Under the pieces are notes generated by a model. It ran no database searches and was not told the DNA's origin. It worked only from the letters and a program-made list of their open reading frames with translations. A DNA stretch of 64,000 nt from Pseudomonadota bacterium (GTDB lineage: Bacteria; CALINM01): assembly GCA_026418415.1 (NCBI GenBank), contig JAOABK010000007.1:1-64000 (forward strand). Direction: 5' to 3'. The position numbers and the translations under genes are program-made. Shown here piece by piece: positions 40,372 to 50,410 of this stretch (the stretch's first letter is position 1; each line of letters begins with the position of its first letter).

Positions 40372-41661
40372 ATGAAGATTCTTAAAATTAAAAAAAGAGA
40401 CATTGAAAAGTATGTGAAAGACAAAGCTTTTAGAATTGGTTTCGGTTCAGAATTTGATCTCACAGTAAAGAAAATTATTAAAAAAGTAATGAAAGAAGGC
40501 GATACAGCGATATCCCATTTTACAAAAAAGTTTGATGGTATCGATTTAAAACCAGATAAATTTGAGCTAAATGAAAAAGAATGGGAGCTTGGGATCAAAT
40601 CCTTAGATAAAAAAATAAAAGAAGTTATAGATCTAACTATTGAAAGGCTTGAAAATTTTTATAAAAAGACCATATATAATTCATGGTTTCATTATGATGA
40701 ATTTGGAAACCTTTTGGGTGTTAAAATTTCTCCTTTGAAAAAAATCCTTGTATACGCACCAGGAGGAAAGGCTATTTACCCCTCTTCCGTTTTAATGGGC
40801 GCTATTCCTGCCAAAATTGCTGGTGTTGAAGAAATTATACTAACATCACCATCAAAAGATGGGAAAATATCTCCTGCTGTTTTGTATTCAGCAAGAAAAG
40901 CAGGTGTTAAAAAGGTATATAGGCTTGGTGGTGCCCAAGCTATTGCTGGCTTTGCTTTCGGCACGAAGAATCTTCCAAAGGTAGACAAAATTGTGGGACC
41001 TGGAAATATTTATGTTGCAACAGCAAAGAAACTTCTTTTTGGTATAGTTGACATAGATATGGTTGCGGGACCAAGTGAGGTTTTCATTATTTTTGATGAA
41101 ACTACAAATTTAAAACATATAGCCCTTGATATGCTATCTCAATTAGAACATGATGAACAGGCTTTAGCAATAGCAGTAACCAACTCAAAAAAGAGTGGGG
41201 AAAGGCTCCAAGATATTCTTATAGAAGAAGCAAAAAAATCAGAAAGATATAATATTATTGAAAAATCATTAAAAAATTCAGCTATTCTTGTAGTTGACAA
41301 TTTATTAGAAGCTGTTTCTATCGCCAATGAAATAGCCCCAGAACATTTAGAAATTTGCACTAATGATCCTTATTCATTATTACCCTACATTATAAATGCT
41401 GGCGCTATTTTTCTTGGAAATAATACTCCCGAAGCTGTTGGAGATTATATGGCTGGACCAAATCACATTCTTCCTACTGGTGGAACGGCAAGATTTTTTT
41501 CACCCCTCGGGGTGGAAGATTTCATTAAAAGAACAAGTATAATTTCATTCACAGAAAAGGGGCTTAATACTTTAGGAAAAAAGGTTGCTTCATTTGCAAG
41601 ATATGAAGGGTTGTTTGCCCATGCAAAGTCTGTTGAAGAGAGGCTTAAAGGAAAAAAATGA
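40372..41661 (+). CDS. hisD: Histidinol dehydrogenase
   Basis: 429 aa with HisD family motifs. Confidence 0.9.
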   Translation: MKILKIKKRDIEKYVKDKAFRIGFGSEFDLTVKKIIKKVMKEGDTAISHFTKKFDGIDLKPDKFELNEKEWELGIKSLDKKIKEVIDLTIERLENFYKKTIYNSWFHYDEFGNLLGVKISPLKKILVYAPGGKAIYPSSVLMGAIPAKIAGVEEIILTSPSKDGKISPAVLYSARKAGVKKVYRLGGAQAIAGFAFGTKNLPKVDKIVGPGNIYVATAKKLLFGIVDIDMVAGPSEVFIIFDETTNLKHIALDMLSQLEHDEQALAIAVTNSKKSGERLQDILIEEAKKSERYNIIEKSLKNSAILVVDNLLEAVSIANEIAPEHLEICTNDPYSLLPYIINAGAIFLGNNTPEAVGDYMAGPNHILPTGGTARFFSPLGVEDFIKRTSIISFTEKGLNTLGKKVASFARYEGLFAHAKSVEERLKGKK

Positions 41662-42698
41662 AAATTAAAAAAATATTAGACTCTTTCAAACCCTATTATG
41701 TAGAAAACAAAGAAGTACCAATCAGACTTGACGCAAACGAAAGCCCCTACGATTTTCCTGAAGAACTAAAAAAAGAATTATCTAATATTTTATCCAATAT
41801 TGAAATAAATCGATATCCCGACTCAAACATAAGTGAGTTAAGAAAAATAATATCAGAGAAAGAAAACATCCCAGAGATCTGTATGATCTTTGGAAATGGT
41901 TCGGATGAGTTCATCTATATGCTTTATATGTGTTTAGAACGAGGCTCGAAAGTTTCCTACCCAGAGCCTGGATTCTCTATGTACAGAATTGTAGGGAATA
42001 TATTTGAAATGAATTTACAACCCTATCAACTGAGTTCAGAAGATTATACAGTTGATAAAGAAAACTTAAAGAGAATATTAAAAAGTGGAATTGACTTAAT
42101 CTTTCTTGGAAATCCAAATAACCCTACAGGCAATGTTTTTCCCCAAGATTTTGTCGAGATGGTTTTGTCAAATAAAAATACAATCGTAGTTTCCGACGAA
42201 GCATATTTTAATTATTCTCAAAATTCGTTTCGTAAATTCTTAGATCAAAACAATAACTTATTGATTATGAGAAGTTTTTCAAAGGTTGGACTTGCCAGTA
42301 TTAGACTGGGATATATGATTGGAGATGAGCATCTAATTAATAAAATAAGCATGGTACGTTCGCCTTATAACATAAATAGTTTTACTCAAAAAATAGCCCT
42401 TTTCTATTTTAAACATGAATCTTTTTTTAAAAAAATAATTGAAGATACAATATTAGAGAGGGAGAGGTTATACAAATTCTTTTTAGACCAAAAAATTTTT
42501 GCTATTCCCTCTCAAGCAAACTTTATAACCTTTAGAATAGAAAAACCAAACTTTTATGACTTTCTTCTCCAAAAGGGTATAAGAATTAAGGATTTAAGTC
42601 ACTCATTTAACATGAAAAATTTCTTCAGAGTAACTGTTGGTAAAAAGAGTGAAAATAATATATTTATGTCAGCGGTTAAAGAATTTCTTTTACATTAA
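41658..42698 (+). CDS. hisC: Histidinol-phosphate aminotransferase
   Basis: Class II aminotransferase with the PLP lysine in SFSKVGLA. Confidence 0.85.
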   Translation: MKIKKILDSFKPYYVENKEVPIRLDANESPYDFPEELKKELSNILSNIEINRYPDSNISELRKIISEKENIPEICMIFGNGSDEFIYMLYMCLERGSKVSYPEPGFSMYRIVGNIFEMNLQPYQLSSEDYTVDKENLKRILKSGIDLIFLGNPNNPTGNVFPQDFVEMVLSNKNTIVVSDEAYFNYSQNSFRKFLDQNNNLLIMRSFSKVGLASIRLGYMIGDEHLINKISMVRSPYNINSFTQKIALFYFKHESFFKKIIEDTILERERLYKFFLDQKIFAIPSQANFITFRIEKPNFYDFLLQKGIRIKDLSHSFNMKNFFRVTVGKKSENNIFMSAVKEFLLH

Positions 42699-42751
42699 TT
42701 ATGAAAGAACTTTTTATGCCCTAATAAAAAAATAACAAATTAATAAAAGTA

Positions 42752-42760
42752 TGATATAAT
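42752..42760 (+). promoter_or_regulatory. Extended -10 promoter candidate (TGATATAAT) in the hisC-hisB gap
   Basis: The TGnTATAAT sequence lies about 25 bp upstream of an AGGAG RBS and the hisB ATG. Confidence 0.3.
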
Positions 42761-42783
42761 TATTTTTTTAAACAGGAGTGATT

Positions 42784-43365
42784 ATGGATACGGTTGAGAT
42801 AAAAAGGACAACAAAAGAAACAGAAGTTTTGATTAAAATTAATATTTATGGCACTGGAAAATCATTAATATCCTCTGGTATCCCCTTTTTTGATCATATG
42901 CTAACACTTTTTTCAAGGCATGGATTTTTTGATATGGAATTAAAAGCAGTTGGAGATGTTGAAGTAGATTTTCACCATACTGTAGAGGACATAGGAATCG
43001 TCCTTGGAGAGGCTTTTAAAAAATCTTTGGGAGATCTAAAATCTATAAGAAGGTTTGGTTTTTTTAAACTCCCCATGGATGAAGCATTAGCAGAAGTGGT
43101 GTGTGATATTTCTGGAAGACCAACCCTAATTTATAATGTCTCTCTCCCCCACGGGAAGGTCGGTGATTTCGATATTGAATTGATCGAATCCTTCTTTAAA
43201 GGTTTTGTAGACCATTGCGGTATAACCCTTCATATTAATCTGATATACGGCAAAAACACACATCATTGTATTGAAGCAATTTTCAAAGCCTTTGCTAAGT
43301 CTCTTTCTATGGCGATAGAAAAAGAGCCAAGGTATGATATACCATCAACCAAGGGAGTTTTATGA
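42784..43365 (+). CDS. hisB: Imidazoleglycerol-phosphate dehydratase (monofunctional)
   Basis: IGPD motifs (DHHTVED, HHxxE). The start was moved to the ATG that has an RBS, and the track ORF begins 6 nt earlier. Confidence 0.85.
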   Translation: MDTVEIKRTTKETEVLIKINIYGTGKSLISSGIPFFDHMLTLFSRHGFFDMELKAVGDVEVDFHHTVEDIGIVLGEAFKKSLGDLKSIRRFGFFKLPMDEALAEVVCDISGRPTLIYNVSLPHGKVGDFDIELIESFFKGFVDHCGITLHINLIYGKNTHHCIEAIFKAFAKSLSMAIEKEPRYDIPSTKGVL

Positions 43366-44000
43366 TATCCATAATAGATTATGGCATGGGCAATTTACAC
43401 AGTGTTTACAATGCTTTAAAGACTATGGGATTTGATGCAGTTGTCACATCTGAGAAAGAAGATATTTATAAATCAAAAGGTGTAATACTGCCTGGCGTAG
43501 GTGCTTTCCCCGATTGCATGAATAATTTGAAGAAGCTTGGATTAACAAATGTTATAAAAGAAATTATATTTAAAAAACCTTTTTTAGGCATCTGTTTAGG
43601 ACTCCAGTTACTTTTTAAAGAAAGCGAAGAGTTTGGTCCTGCTGAAGGATTGGGTATATTCCAAGGAAGGGTAAGGAAATTCCCTGAGAACATGAAAATT
43701 AATAATGAAAAGCTTAAAATACCACATATGGGATGGAACAAAATTTCAAAGAAATCAGACACTCCCTTTTTAAAAGGTATTCCAGATAATACCTATTTTT
43801 ATTTTGTCCATTCCTTCTATGTCGAATGCGATGATAACCTTATTGCAACAACAACATACTATGGTATAAATTTTGTATCTTCTATATATTGGCAAGATAC
43901 ACTTTTTGCTTGTCAGTTTCACCCAGAAAAAAGTCAGAAATATGGGTTAAAAATCCTTGAAAATTTTGCAAATATTGCCTATGGAAGGAATATTAAATGA
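43362..44000 (+). CDS. hisH: Imidazole glycerol phosphate synthase glutaminase subunit
   Basis: Class I GATase triad (GICLG, His-Glu near the C-terminus). Confidence 0.85.
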   Translation: MISIIDYGMGNLHSVYNALKTMGFDAVVTSEKEDIYKSKGVILPGVGAFPDCMNNLKKLGLTNVIKEIIFKKPFLGICLGLQLLFKESEEFGPAEGLGIFQGRVRKFPENMKINNEKLKIPHMGWNKISKKSDTPFLKGIPDNTYFYFVHSFYVECDDNLIATTTYYGINFVSSIYWQDTLFACQFHPEKSQKYGLKILENFANIAYGRNIK

Positions 44001-44647
44001 AAAAGATTACCTTTGTTCTTTTAATACTATTGCTCTTCTCCTGTAGAAGCATGCAAAGCTATACAATTGAAGAAAAACAGCTTTGTCCAGTTGTTCCTGT
44101 TATAAAACGGGTTGTTGTTCTTCCCTTTGATGTGCCTTCAAATGCACCTTTTGGACTCTATAAGGAAGGAAAGATAGAAGAAGGTAGCCTTGAAAAATTA
44201 TCAACCTTTACAGAAGAGAGGCTAAAATCCTTTGGATGTTTTGAGGTAATTACATGGGAACAAGTTATTGAAAGGCTACAGTATGAAGACTTAGGAAAGG
44301 TCCTCATTGATGCAAAAAGGGGATATAAGGATGATATAATTAAACTTGCCAAGATATTTAGAGCTGATGCTGTTCTTATGGGATATGTAACAAAATATTC
44401 TGAGAGAGAAGGTAAAGAATATGGTTCAATGAAGCCAGCATCTGTTTCTTTTTCATTATTTCTCTATTCCGGTATAGATGGATCTCTAATATGGAATGGT
44501 AGTTATAAAGAAACCCAGCAGGCACTATTTGAAAATTTATTCAATATAGGGTTATATTTTAAGAGAGGTTTTAAGTGGCTTTCAGCTGATGAATTGGCTC
44601 AGTGGGGGCTTAAAGAAGTTTTAAAAAACTTTCCGGGGAAAAAGTAG
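43997..44647 (+). CDS. Lipoprotein of unknown function inserted between hisH and hisA
   Basis: Lipobox LLFSCRS. The start overlaps the hisH stop by 4 bp and its stop abuts the hisA ATG. The RVVVLPFD motif is reminiscent of LpoB or DUF799-like lipoproteins, but this is uncertain. Confidence 0.6.
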   Translation: MKKITFVLLILLLFSCRSMQSYTIEEKQLCPVVPVIKRVVVLPFDVPSNAPFGLYKEGKIEEGSLEKLSTFTEERLKSFGCFEVITWEQVIERLQYEDLGKVLIDAKRGYKDDIIKLAKIFRADAVLMGYVTKYSEREGKEYGSMKPASVSFSLFLYSGIDGSLIWNGSYKETQQALFENLFNIGLYFKRGFKWLSADELAQWGLKEVLKNFPGKK

Positions 44648-45385
44648 ATGCTTGTTATACCTGCTATAGATCTGTTTGATGGTATGTGTGTTAGATTAAA
44701 ACAGGGGCGTTTTGAGGATGTAACTGTTTATTCAAAATACCCTGAAGAAATTGCCATGAGTTTTGAACAGGATGGAGCTGAGTTAATTCATATTGTCGAT
44801 TTAAATGGTGCTCTTAAAGGAGAACCTACAAACTTTAAAAAAATAGAAAAGATTGTCAAAAGTATTAACATTCCAGTTGAAGTTGGTGGTGGTATACGGG
44901 ATATCGATAAAGCAAAAACTTATATTAATTTAGGAGTTAAGAGAATAATCATTGGTACAAAGGGATGTGAATCTCCAGAATACTTTGAAGAAATTTGTAA
45001 AAGTGTAAAAGCAGAAGTGATCGCTGGGATTGACGCAAAAGACGGCAAAGTAGCGGTGAAGGGGTGGATTGATTTAACAAACTGGGATGCTTTAGACCTC
45101 GCTTTAGAACTTGAAAGAAGGGGGGCAAAAGAAGTTATATATACTGATATAACCAAAGATGGTATGAGAACTGGTCCAAATATTGATGCTACTCTAAAAA
45201 TAGCTAAAAAACTATCTATACCTGTTATAGTATCTGGTGGTATCTCATCAGAAGAGGATATTATTTCAATTCTTCCATATAACAAATTTGGGATAAAGGG
45301 TGTTATAGTTGGCAGAGCAATTTATGAAGGTAATGTTAATCTAAAAAAATTAATAAAAAAATTAACGGAGCTTTCTCTGTGTTAG
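44648..45385 (+). CDS. hisA: ProFAR isomerase
   Basis: Begins MLVIPAIDL, with a (beta-alpha)8 barrel and HisA motifs. Confidence 0.9.
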   Translation: MLVIPAIDLFDGMCVRLKQGRFEDVTVYSKYPEEIAMSFEQDGAELIHIVDLNGALKGEPTNFKKIEKIVKSINIPVEVGGGIRDIDKAKTYINLGVKRIIIGTKGCESPEYFEEICKSVKAEVIAGIDAKDGKVAVKGWIDLTNWDALDLALELERRGAKEVIYTDITKDGMRTGPNIDATLKIAKKLSIPVIVSGGISSEEDIISILPYNKFGIKGVIVGRAIYEGNVNLKKLIKKLTELSLC

Positions 45386-46146
45386 CAAAGAGAATTATTC
45401 CCTGTTTAGACGTAAAAGAGGGAAGGGTAGTTAAAGGGGTTAATTTTGTAGAACTCAAAGATGCAGGCGACCCAGTAGAGGCTGCAAAAGCCTATGATGA
45501 GGCTGGAGCGGATGAACTTGTTTTTCTTGATATAACTGCTTCTTATGAGAACAGAGATATAATCATCGATGTTGTTAAAAAAACAGCTGCTTGTGTTTTC
45601 ATGCCGCTAACAGTCGGTGGTGGTATTAAAACTATAGAAGATATAAGACGGCTTTTGAAAGCTGGTGCTGACAAGGTCTCGATTAATACTTGGGCAGTTC
45701 AAAACCCAGAGTTTGTTAAAGAGGCATCAAAAAAATTTGGAAGCCAATGTATAGTTGTTGCGATTGATGCAAAAAGAACACTTACAGATGATGGCTTTTA
45801 TTTTCAAGTATATACTCATGGTGGTAGAACTCCAACGGGAATAGATGCTGTTGAATGGGCAAAGAAAGTAGAAGATCTGGGTGCAGGTGAGATACTTCTA
45901 ACAAGCATGGATAGAGATGGTACAAAAGAAGGATATGACATTGAGTTGACCAGAAGCATATCAGACAGCGTATCAATCCCAGTAATAGCTTCAGGGGGAG
46001 CAGGTAAATTAGAGCATTTTTATGAGGGTATTGTATTAGGTAAGGCTGATGCAGTACTTGCAGCATCTCTATTTCATTATGGTATACTAACAATTGGAGA
46101 AACAAAGCGTTATTTAGCTGAAAGAGGAGTTATTGTAAGAACATGA
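45379..46146 (+). CDS. hisF: Imidazole glycerol phosphate synthase cyclase subunit
   Basis: HisF motifs ([14 protein letters not shown]). Confidence 0.9.
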   Translation: MLAKRIIPCLDVKEGRVVKGVNFVELKDAGDPVEAAKAYDEAGADELVFLDITASYENRDIIIDVVKKTAACVFMPLTVGGGIKTIEDIRRLLKAGADKVSINTWAVQNPEFVKEASKKFGSQCIVVAIDAKRTLTDDGFYFQVYTHGGRTPTGIDAVEWAKKVEDLGAGEILLTSMDRDGTKEGYDIELTRSISDSVSIPVIASGGAGKLEHFYEGIVLGKADAVLAASLFHYGILTIGETKRYLAERGVIVRT

Positions 46147-46466
46147 TTTTAGAAGACCTTTATAATGTTATTACCGAAAGAATAAAATCTGGTGACCCAG
46201 AAAAATCTTATGTTGCAAAATTACACACTTTAGGTGAAGAAAGGGTACTTAAAAAAATATCTGAAGAGAGTTTTGAACTAATAATAGCTTGCAAAAATAA
46301 AAATAGAGATTCAGTTATATATGAAACAGCAGACTTATTTTTTCATATACTCATTTTACTCGCAGAAAGGGATATAAAAATAGATGAAGTATTCAAAGAG
46401 CTCGAAAGGCGCTTTGGTATTTCTGGACTTGAAGAAAAAAAACAAAGAAAAGGAGAAAACGAATGA
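46143..46466 (+). CDS. hisE: Phosphoribosyl-ATP pyrophosphatase
   Basis: 107 aa in the MazG-like HisE family. There is no hisI in the window. Confidence 0.8.
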   Translation: MILEDLYNVITERIKSGDPEKSYVAKLHTLGEERVLKKISEESFELIIACKNKNRDSVIYETADLFFHILILLAERDIKIDEVFKELERRFGISGLEEKKQRKGENE

Positions 46467-46960
46467 AAGTAGCAGAAAGAACAGTAGTAACAATGGATTA
46501 TGAGCTAAGATATCCAGACGGAGAGCTTATAGAATCCAGTATTGAGAGTGGTCAGACCCTTCAATTTGTATATGGGAGAGGAGAAATCTTAGAAGCCCTT
46601 GAAAGAGCAATTCTCGACAAGGAACCTGGTGACAAGATAACTGTAACCCTATCACCTGAAGAAGCCTACGGTCCATGGGAAGAAGAGGGGCAGTGTGTAA
46701 TTCCAAGGCAACAATTCCCCCAAGACATGGAGTTAGAAGAGGGAATGATGTTTACAATGGATTCAGAAGACGGAAGGCAGGTACCATTTACAATAGTAAA
46801 CGTCTCAGGTAATGACGTAGTTGTTGATTTTAATCACCCCTTAGCGGGAGAAACTCTTGTTTTTGACCTCTATATTAGGGATGTCCGTTTAGCTACTCTT
46901 GAAGAGTTAGCAAACAAGCCATCTTGTAGCAGTGGAAGTTGCGATAAAGGTTGTTGTTAA
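46463..46960 (+). CDS. slyD: FKBP-type peptidyl-prolyl isomerase SlyD-like with Cys-rich C-terminal metal-binding tail
   Basis: FKBP domain with an inserted IF-flap, and a C-terminal SCSSGSCDKGCC. Confidence 0.75.
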   Translation: MKVAERTVVTMDYELRYPDGELIESSIESGQTLQFVYGRGEILEALERAILDKEPGDKITVTLSPEEAYGPWEEEGQCVIPRQQFPQDMELEEGMMFTMDSEDGRQVPFTIVNVSGNDVVVDFNHPLAGETLVFDLYIRDVRLATLEELANKPSCSSGSCDKGCC

Positions 46961-47373
46961 GAGCTATGAGAAAGGTTCTGATTGCTAAATACATGTCTCG
47001 ATGTATGGGATGCATGTCCTGCATGTTTGCCTGTGCAAGACGTGTAAGAAAGAGCATATCTGTTGCTAAATCTGCAATCAGAATAAAAACGAAGGGTGGA
47101 TATTCAAGTGGGAACATGGTAGCGGATCACTGTCTTGGGTGTGAAGAACCACCCTGTATCCCCTTTTGTCCTACTGGTGCTTTAGTCAAAAGAAAAAACG
47201 GTGGAATTATATTGAAAGCTGATTTATGCAATGGATGTAAAAAATGTATAGAAGGGTGTCCAGTAAAGGCAATTTTCTGGGATGAAGAAAAAAAATTACC
47301 CATCTTTTGTATTCACTGTGGTAACTGTGTCAGTTTTTGCCCACACAACTGTTTAGAGATAGGGGAGTTATAA
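46951..47373 (+). CDS. Poly-[4Fe-4S] ferredoxin-like electron-transfer subunit (AorA-like)
   Basis: Four Cys clusters of the CxxCxxCxxxC(P) type. Confidence 0.75.
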   Translation: MLLRAMRKVLIAKYMSRCMGCMSCMFACARRVRKSISVAKSAIRIKTKGGYSSGNMVADHCLGCEEPPCIPFCPTGALVKRKNGGIILKADLCNGCKKCIEGCPVKAIFWDEEKKLPIFCIHCGNCVSFCPHNCLEIGEL

Positions 47374-47374
47374 T

Positions 47375-49129
47375 ATGAAAATCCCTAAGATCCTCTATAT
47401 AAACTTGTCAGATAAAACATATTTTTTAAAAGAAAGAGAGGACCTAAAGGAATCTTTAGGTGGTACTGGACTTGCAACCGATCTTTTCATAGAAAATGTG
47501 GACCTAAATTACCCACCCCTTGATTCAAGGCAACCAATAGTTTTATCATCAGGTTATCTAACTCCCTATTTTCCTGTTGCAACAAAAAGTATTGCCCTTT
47601 TCTATTCGCCCCTAACCAACTCCCTTGGTGAGAGTCATGGAGGAGGAAGATTAGGTCTTGCTATGAAATTAGCAGGAATTGATGCAATCGTTATTACTGG
47701 TAAAAGTGAAAAACCCTGTTATATATCCATATATGACTCAAATGTAAATATTAAACCTGCAGATCCCATATGGGGTCTTAAAGCTACAGAGTCAGCAACA
47801 TATATAAGAGATAAAGAAGGCATGGCAGGGATGAGAAGCATTTTGAGAATCGGTACAGCTGGCGAGAAAAAGGTTGGCTTCTCTATGGTCATTGTTGATA
47901 CTTACAGACATTTTGGAAGATTAGGATTAGGCGCTTTATTTGGCTCTAAAAACATTAAAGCCCTTGTTGTTTCTGGAACTGGAATCGGCTTAGATAGGGA
48001 TGTAGATTTCGAAGAATACAAAAAAGTTTTTGAAGAATTGCATAAAAAGGTTATTTCTGGATCGATGAGAAAATACCATGAGTATGGCACTGCATTAAAC
48101 ATACTTCCTTTGAACGAAATGAATGCTCTACCAACAAGAAATTTAAAATCTGGATGCTTTGAAAAAGCTGAAGATATCTCAGGAGAAGCCTTTGCTGAAA
48201 ATAACATGACAAGGAAATTTGCATGTGCAGGCTGTCCCCTTGGGTGTATACACATAGCAATGAGAAGAAATAAATTTGCTAATGAAGAAGAATGGGAGAG
48301 AAATGAAGTCTCCTACGATTACGAACTTATATATGCATTAGGAAGTCTGATCGGGATTGACGATAGGCAAAAAATCTTAAAAATGATTGAATGTACAGAA
48401 GAATTAGGACTTGATGCAATTTACACGGGTGTTTTTCTTTCATGGATTACTGAAGCCTTTGAAAAAGGTCTCTTAACTTCTACTGACATAGAGCTTGATA
48501 AAATTCAGTTTGGAGATACTGAAGGTTACATGAAGATCCTTCAAAACCTTATCTATTCAAATAATAAATTTTATTCAATCGCAAGATCAGGACTTTCAGA
48601 GTTAGTTAAGATTTATGGTGGCTATGATTTCGCCCTTCTTGTAAACAATAATGCAGTGGCAGGTTATCATACAGGATATGCTAACCTAATTGGGCAATCA
48701 ATAGTTGGGATTAGAAATGCCCATACTGACAATGCGGGATATTCTCTTGATCAGGAAGGCAAAGAATTCGACCCGAAAACAATGATTGACTTACTAATAA
48801 AGGAAGAAATATTTAGAGCCTTTTTCAATTGCACTGGCATATGCCTATTTGCAAGAAAAGTTTATGATATGGGTCTGCTTGTCAAGGTATCTGAAATATT
48901 AGGTTATAAAATCAAAGAAGATCACATAAATCATATAGGCTCAAAAATATATCTCAAAAAATTTATTTTTAAGGAAAAAACTGGCTTTGACATTAACAAC
49001 TACAAATTTCCAGAAAGGTTCTTCGAAACACCAGCGGGCAAAAAAAGATTATCAAAAGATTTCGTTCAAGAAGCAGTCAATGAGTTTAAAATTAGAATTG
49101 AAAGATTAAAGAGGGAGTACAATTTTTAA
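47375..49129 (+). CDS. aor: Tungsten-containing aldehyde:ferredoxin oxidoreductase (AOR family)
   Basis: 584 aa with an AOR N-terminus (KILYINLSDKTYF...GGTGLAT) and Cys ligands consistent with the AOR family. It is genomically linked to tupABC. Confidence 0.8.
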   Translation: MKIPKILYINLSDKTYFLKEREDLKESLGGTGLATDLFIENVDLNYPPLDSRQPIVLSSGYLTPYFPVATKSIALFYSPLTNSLGESHGGGRLGLAMKLAGIDAIVITGKSEKPCYISIYDSNVNIKPADPIWGLKATESATYIRDKEGMAGMRSILRIGTAGEKKVGFSMVIVDTYRHFGRLGLGALFGSKNIKALVVSGTGIGLDRDVDFEEYKKVFEELHKKVISGSMRKYHEYGTALNILPLNEMNALPTRNLKSGCFEKAEDISGEAFAENNMTRKFACAGCPLGCIHIAMRRNKFANEEEWERNEVSYDYELIYALGSLIGIDDRQKILKMIECTEELGLDAIYTGVFLSWITEAFEKGLLTSTDIELDKIQFGDTEGYMKILQNLIYSNNKFYSIARSGLSELVKIYGGYDFALLVNNNAVAGYHTGYANLIGQSIVGIRNAHTDNAGYSLDQEGKEFDPKTMIDLLIKEEIFRAFFNCTGICLFARKVYDMGLLVKVSEILGYKIKEDHINHIGSKIYLKKFIFKEKTGFDINNYKFPERFFETPAGKKRLSKDFVQEAVNEFKIRIERLKREYNF

Positions 49130-49860
49130 TGAGAATGCTTGTTATAATACCCACCTATAATGAGCTTGAAAATATAACAAAACTCATACCAATTATATTA
49201 GGACTTAAAGAAGAGATGGAAGTTCTCGTAGTTGATGATAATTCACCAGATGGCACTGGTAACTATGTAGAACATTTGAGTTCGGAAAATAATAGGATTC
49301 ATATTTTAAAAAGAGCAGGAAAAATGGGGCTTGGCAGTGCATATATAGAGGGTTTTAAATGGGCTTTAAAACAAGAGCCAAAATTTGATTATATATTTCA
49401 AATGGATGCAGATTTTTCACATGAACCAGAAAAACTAATTGAATTTATAGAGAAGTTAAAAAAATATGATGTAGTTATAGGTTCAAGATACTTAAATGGC
49501 GTATCTGTTGTAAATTGGCCTATCAAAAGGCTAATTTTAAGCTATTTTGCTAATTGGTACGCAAGAACATTTGCAGGCATAAAAATAAGAGATTGTACAG
49601 GTGGATTTAAGGGATTTAGAAGAATAGTGCTTGAAAAAATTCCCTTTGAGTACATAACATCTGATGGCTACGCCTTTCAAATAGAGATGAACTATTTTGC
49701 TCAAAAATTGGGGTTTAAAATGTTTGAAGTTCCAATTATATTTGTGGACAGACATTCTGGAACTTCTAAATTATCAAGAAGAATTGTATATGAGGCTATA
49801 TTCAAAGTTATTTTCTTGTTTTTTGATCGAATTTTCAATATAAAGAAGGTTAAGAGGTAA
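49129..49860 (+). CDS. GT2 polyprenol-phosphate mannosyl/glucosyl transferase (Dpm1-like)
   Basis: Begins IIPTYNE, has a VVDDNSPDGT DXD-region, and is about 240 aa. Confidence 0.75.
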   Translation: MRMLVIIPTYNELENITKLIPIILGLKEEMEVLVVDDNSPDGTGNYVEHLSSENNRIHILKRAGKMGLGSAYIEGFKWALKQEPKFDYIFQMDADFSHEPEKLIEFIEKLKKYDVVIGSRYLNGVSVVNWPIKRLILSYFANWYARTFAGIKIRDCTGGFKGFRRIVLEKIPFEYITSDGYAFQIEMNYFAQKLGFKMFEVPIIFVDRHSGTSKLSRRIVYEAIFKVIFLFFDRIFNIKKVKR

Positions 49861-49863
49861 TTC

Positions 49864-50049
49864 ATGATAAATGAGGGTTTTGCTTTACTAACGGTATTAA
49901 GCTTCTTGGGTTGGGTATTTGCAACTATATATTTTATATTTAAAGCATTTAATGAAAGAGGAGAGTTTTTTGCAAAAAAAGCCATAAAGATTGGCATTAT
50001 TATAATAATATTTTATTCTTTATGGATAATCGGAATGCTCAACGCTTAA
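49864..50049 (+). CDS. Small two-TM membrane protein
   Basis: 61 aa with two hydrophobic helices, immediately after a GT2 gene. Confidence 0.4.
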   Translation: MINEGFALLTVLSFLGWVFATIYFIFKAFNERGEFFAKKAIKIGIIIIIFYSLWIIGMLNA

Positions 50050-50410
50050 TATTTTTTCCCACACAACAAAATCATTGATTTAGTAGAAACTCCTGTTAAA
50101 TTATCACATTAACCTTATGACATATACCAAAAAAAATTTTTTTTTAAATTGTTAAAAACATGTGTATTTAATATTAAAAAATAGAAAATTTTTTTTAAAA
50201 AAAATAAAAAATCATCTTGACAAAAATTTGCATAAAAAAAGTTCAAACAGAATATCTTTCTGAAAAAACTAAAAAATTTTTCTAATTTCATATTGTATTT
50301 TTACAAAGATTTAACATCTTTTTTTAGAGTTTTGGTTAATAAGTTTAAAAATGAAAATTTAGTAAATACACTTTGCATATCCTTTAGTCCAAATTGACTA
50401 ATAAAAATAC

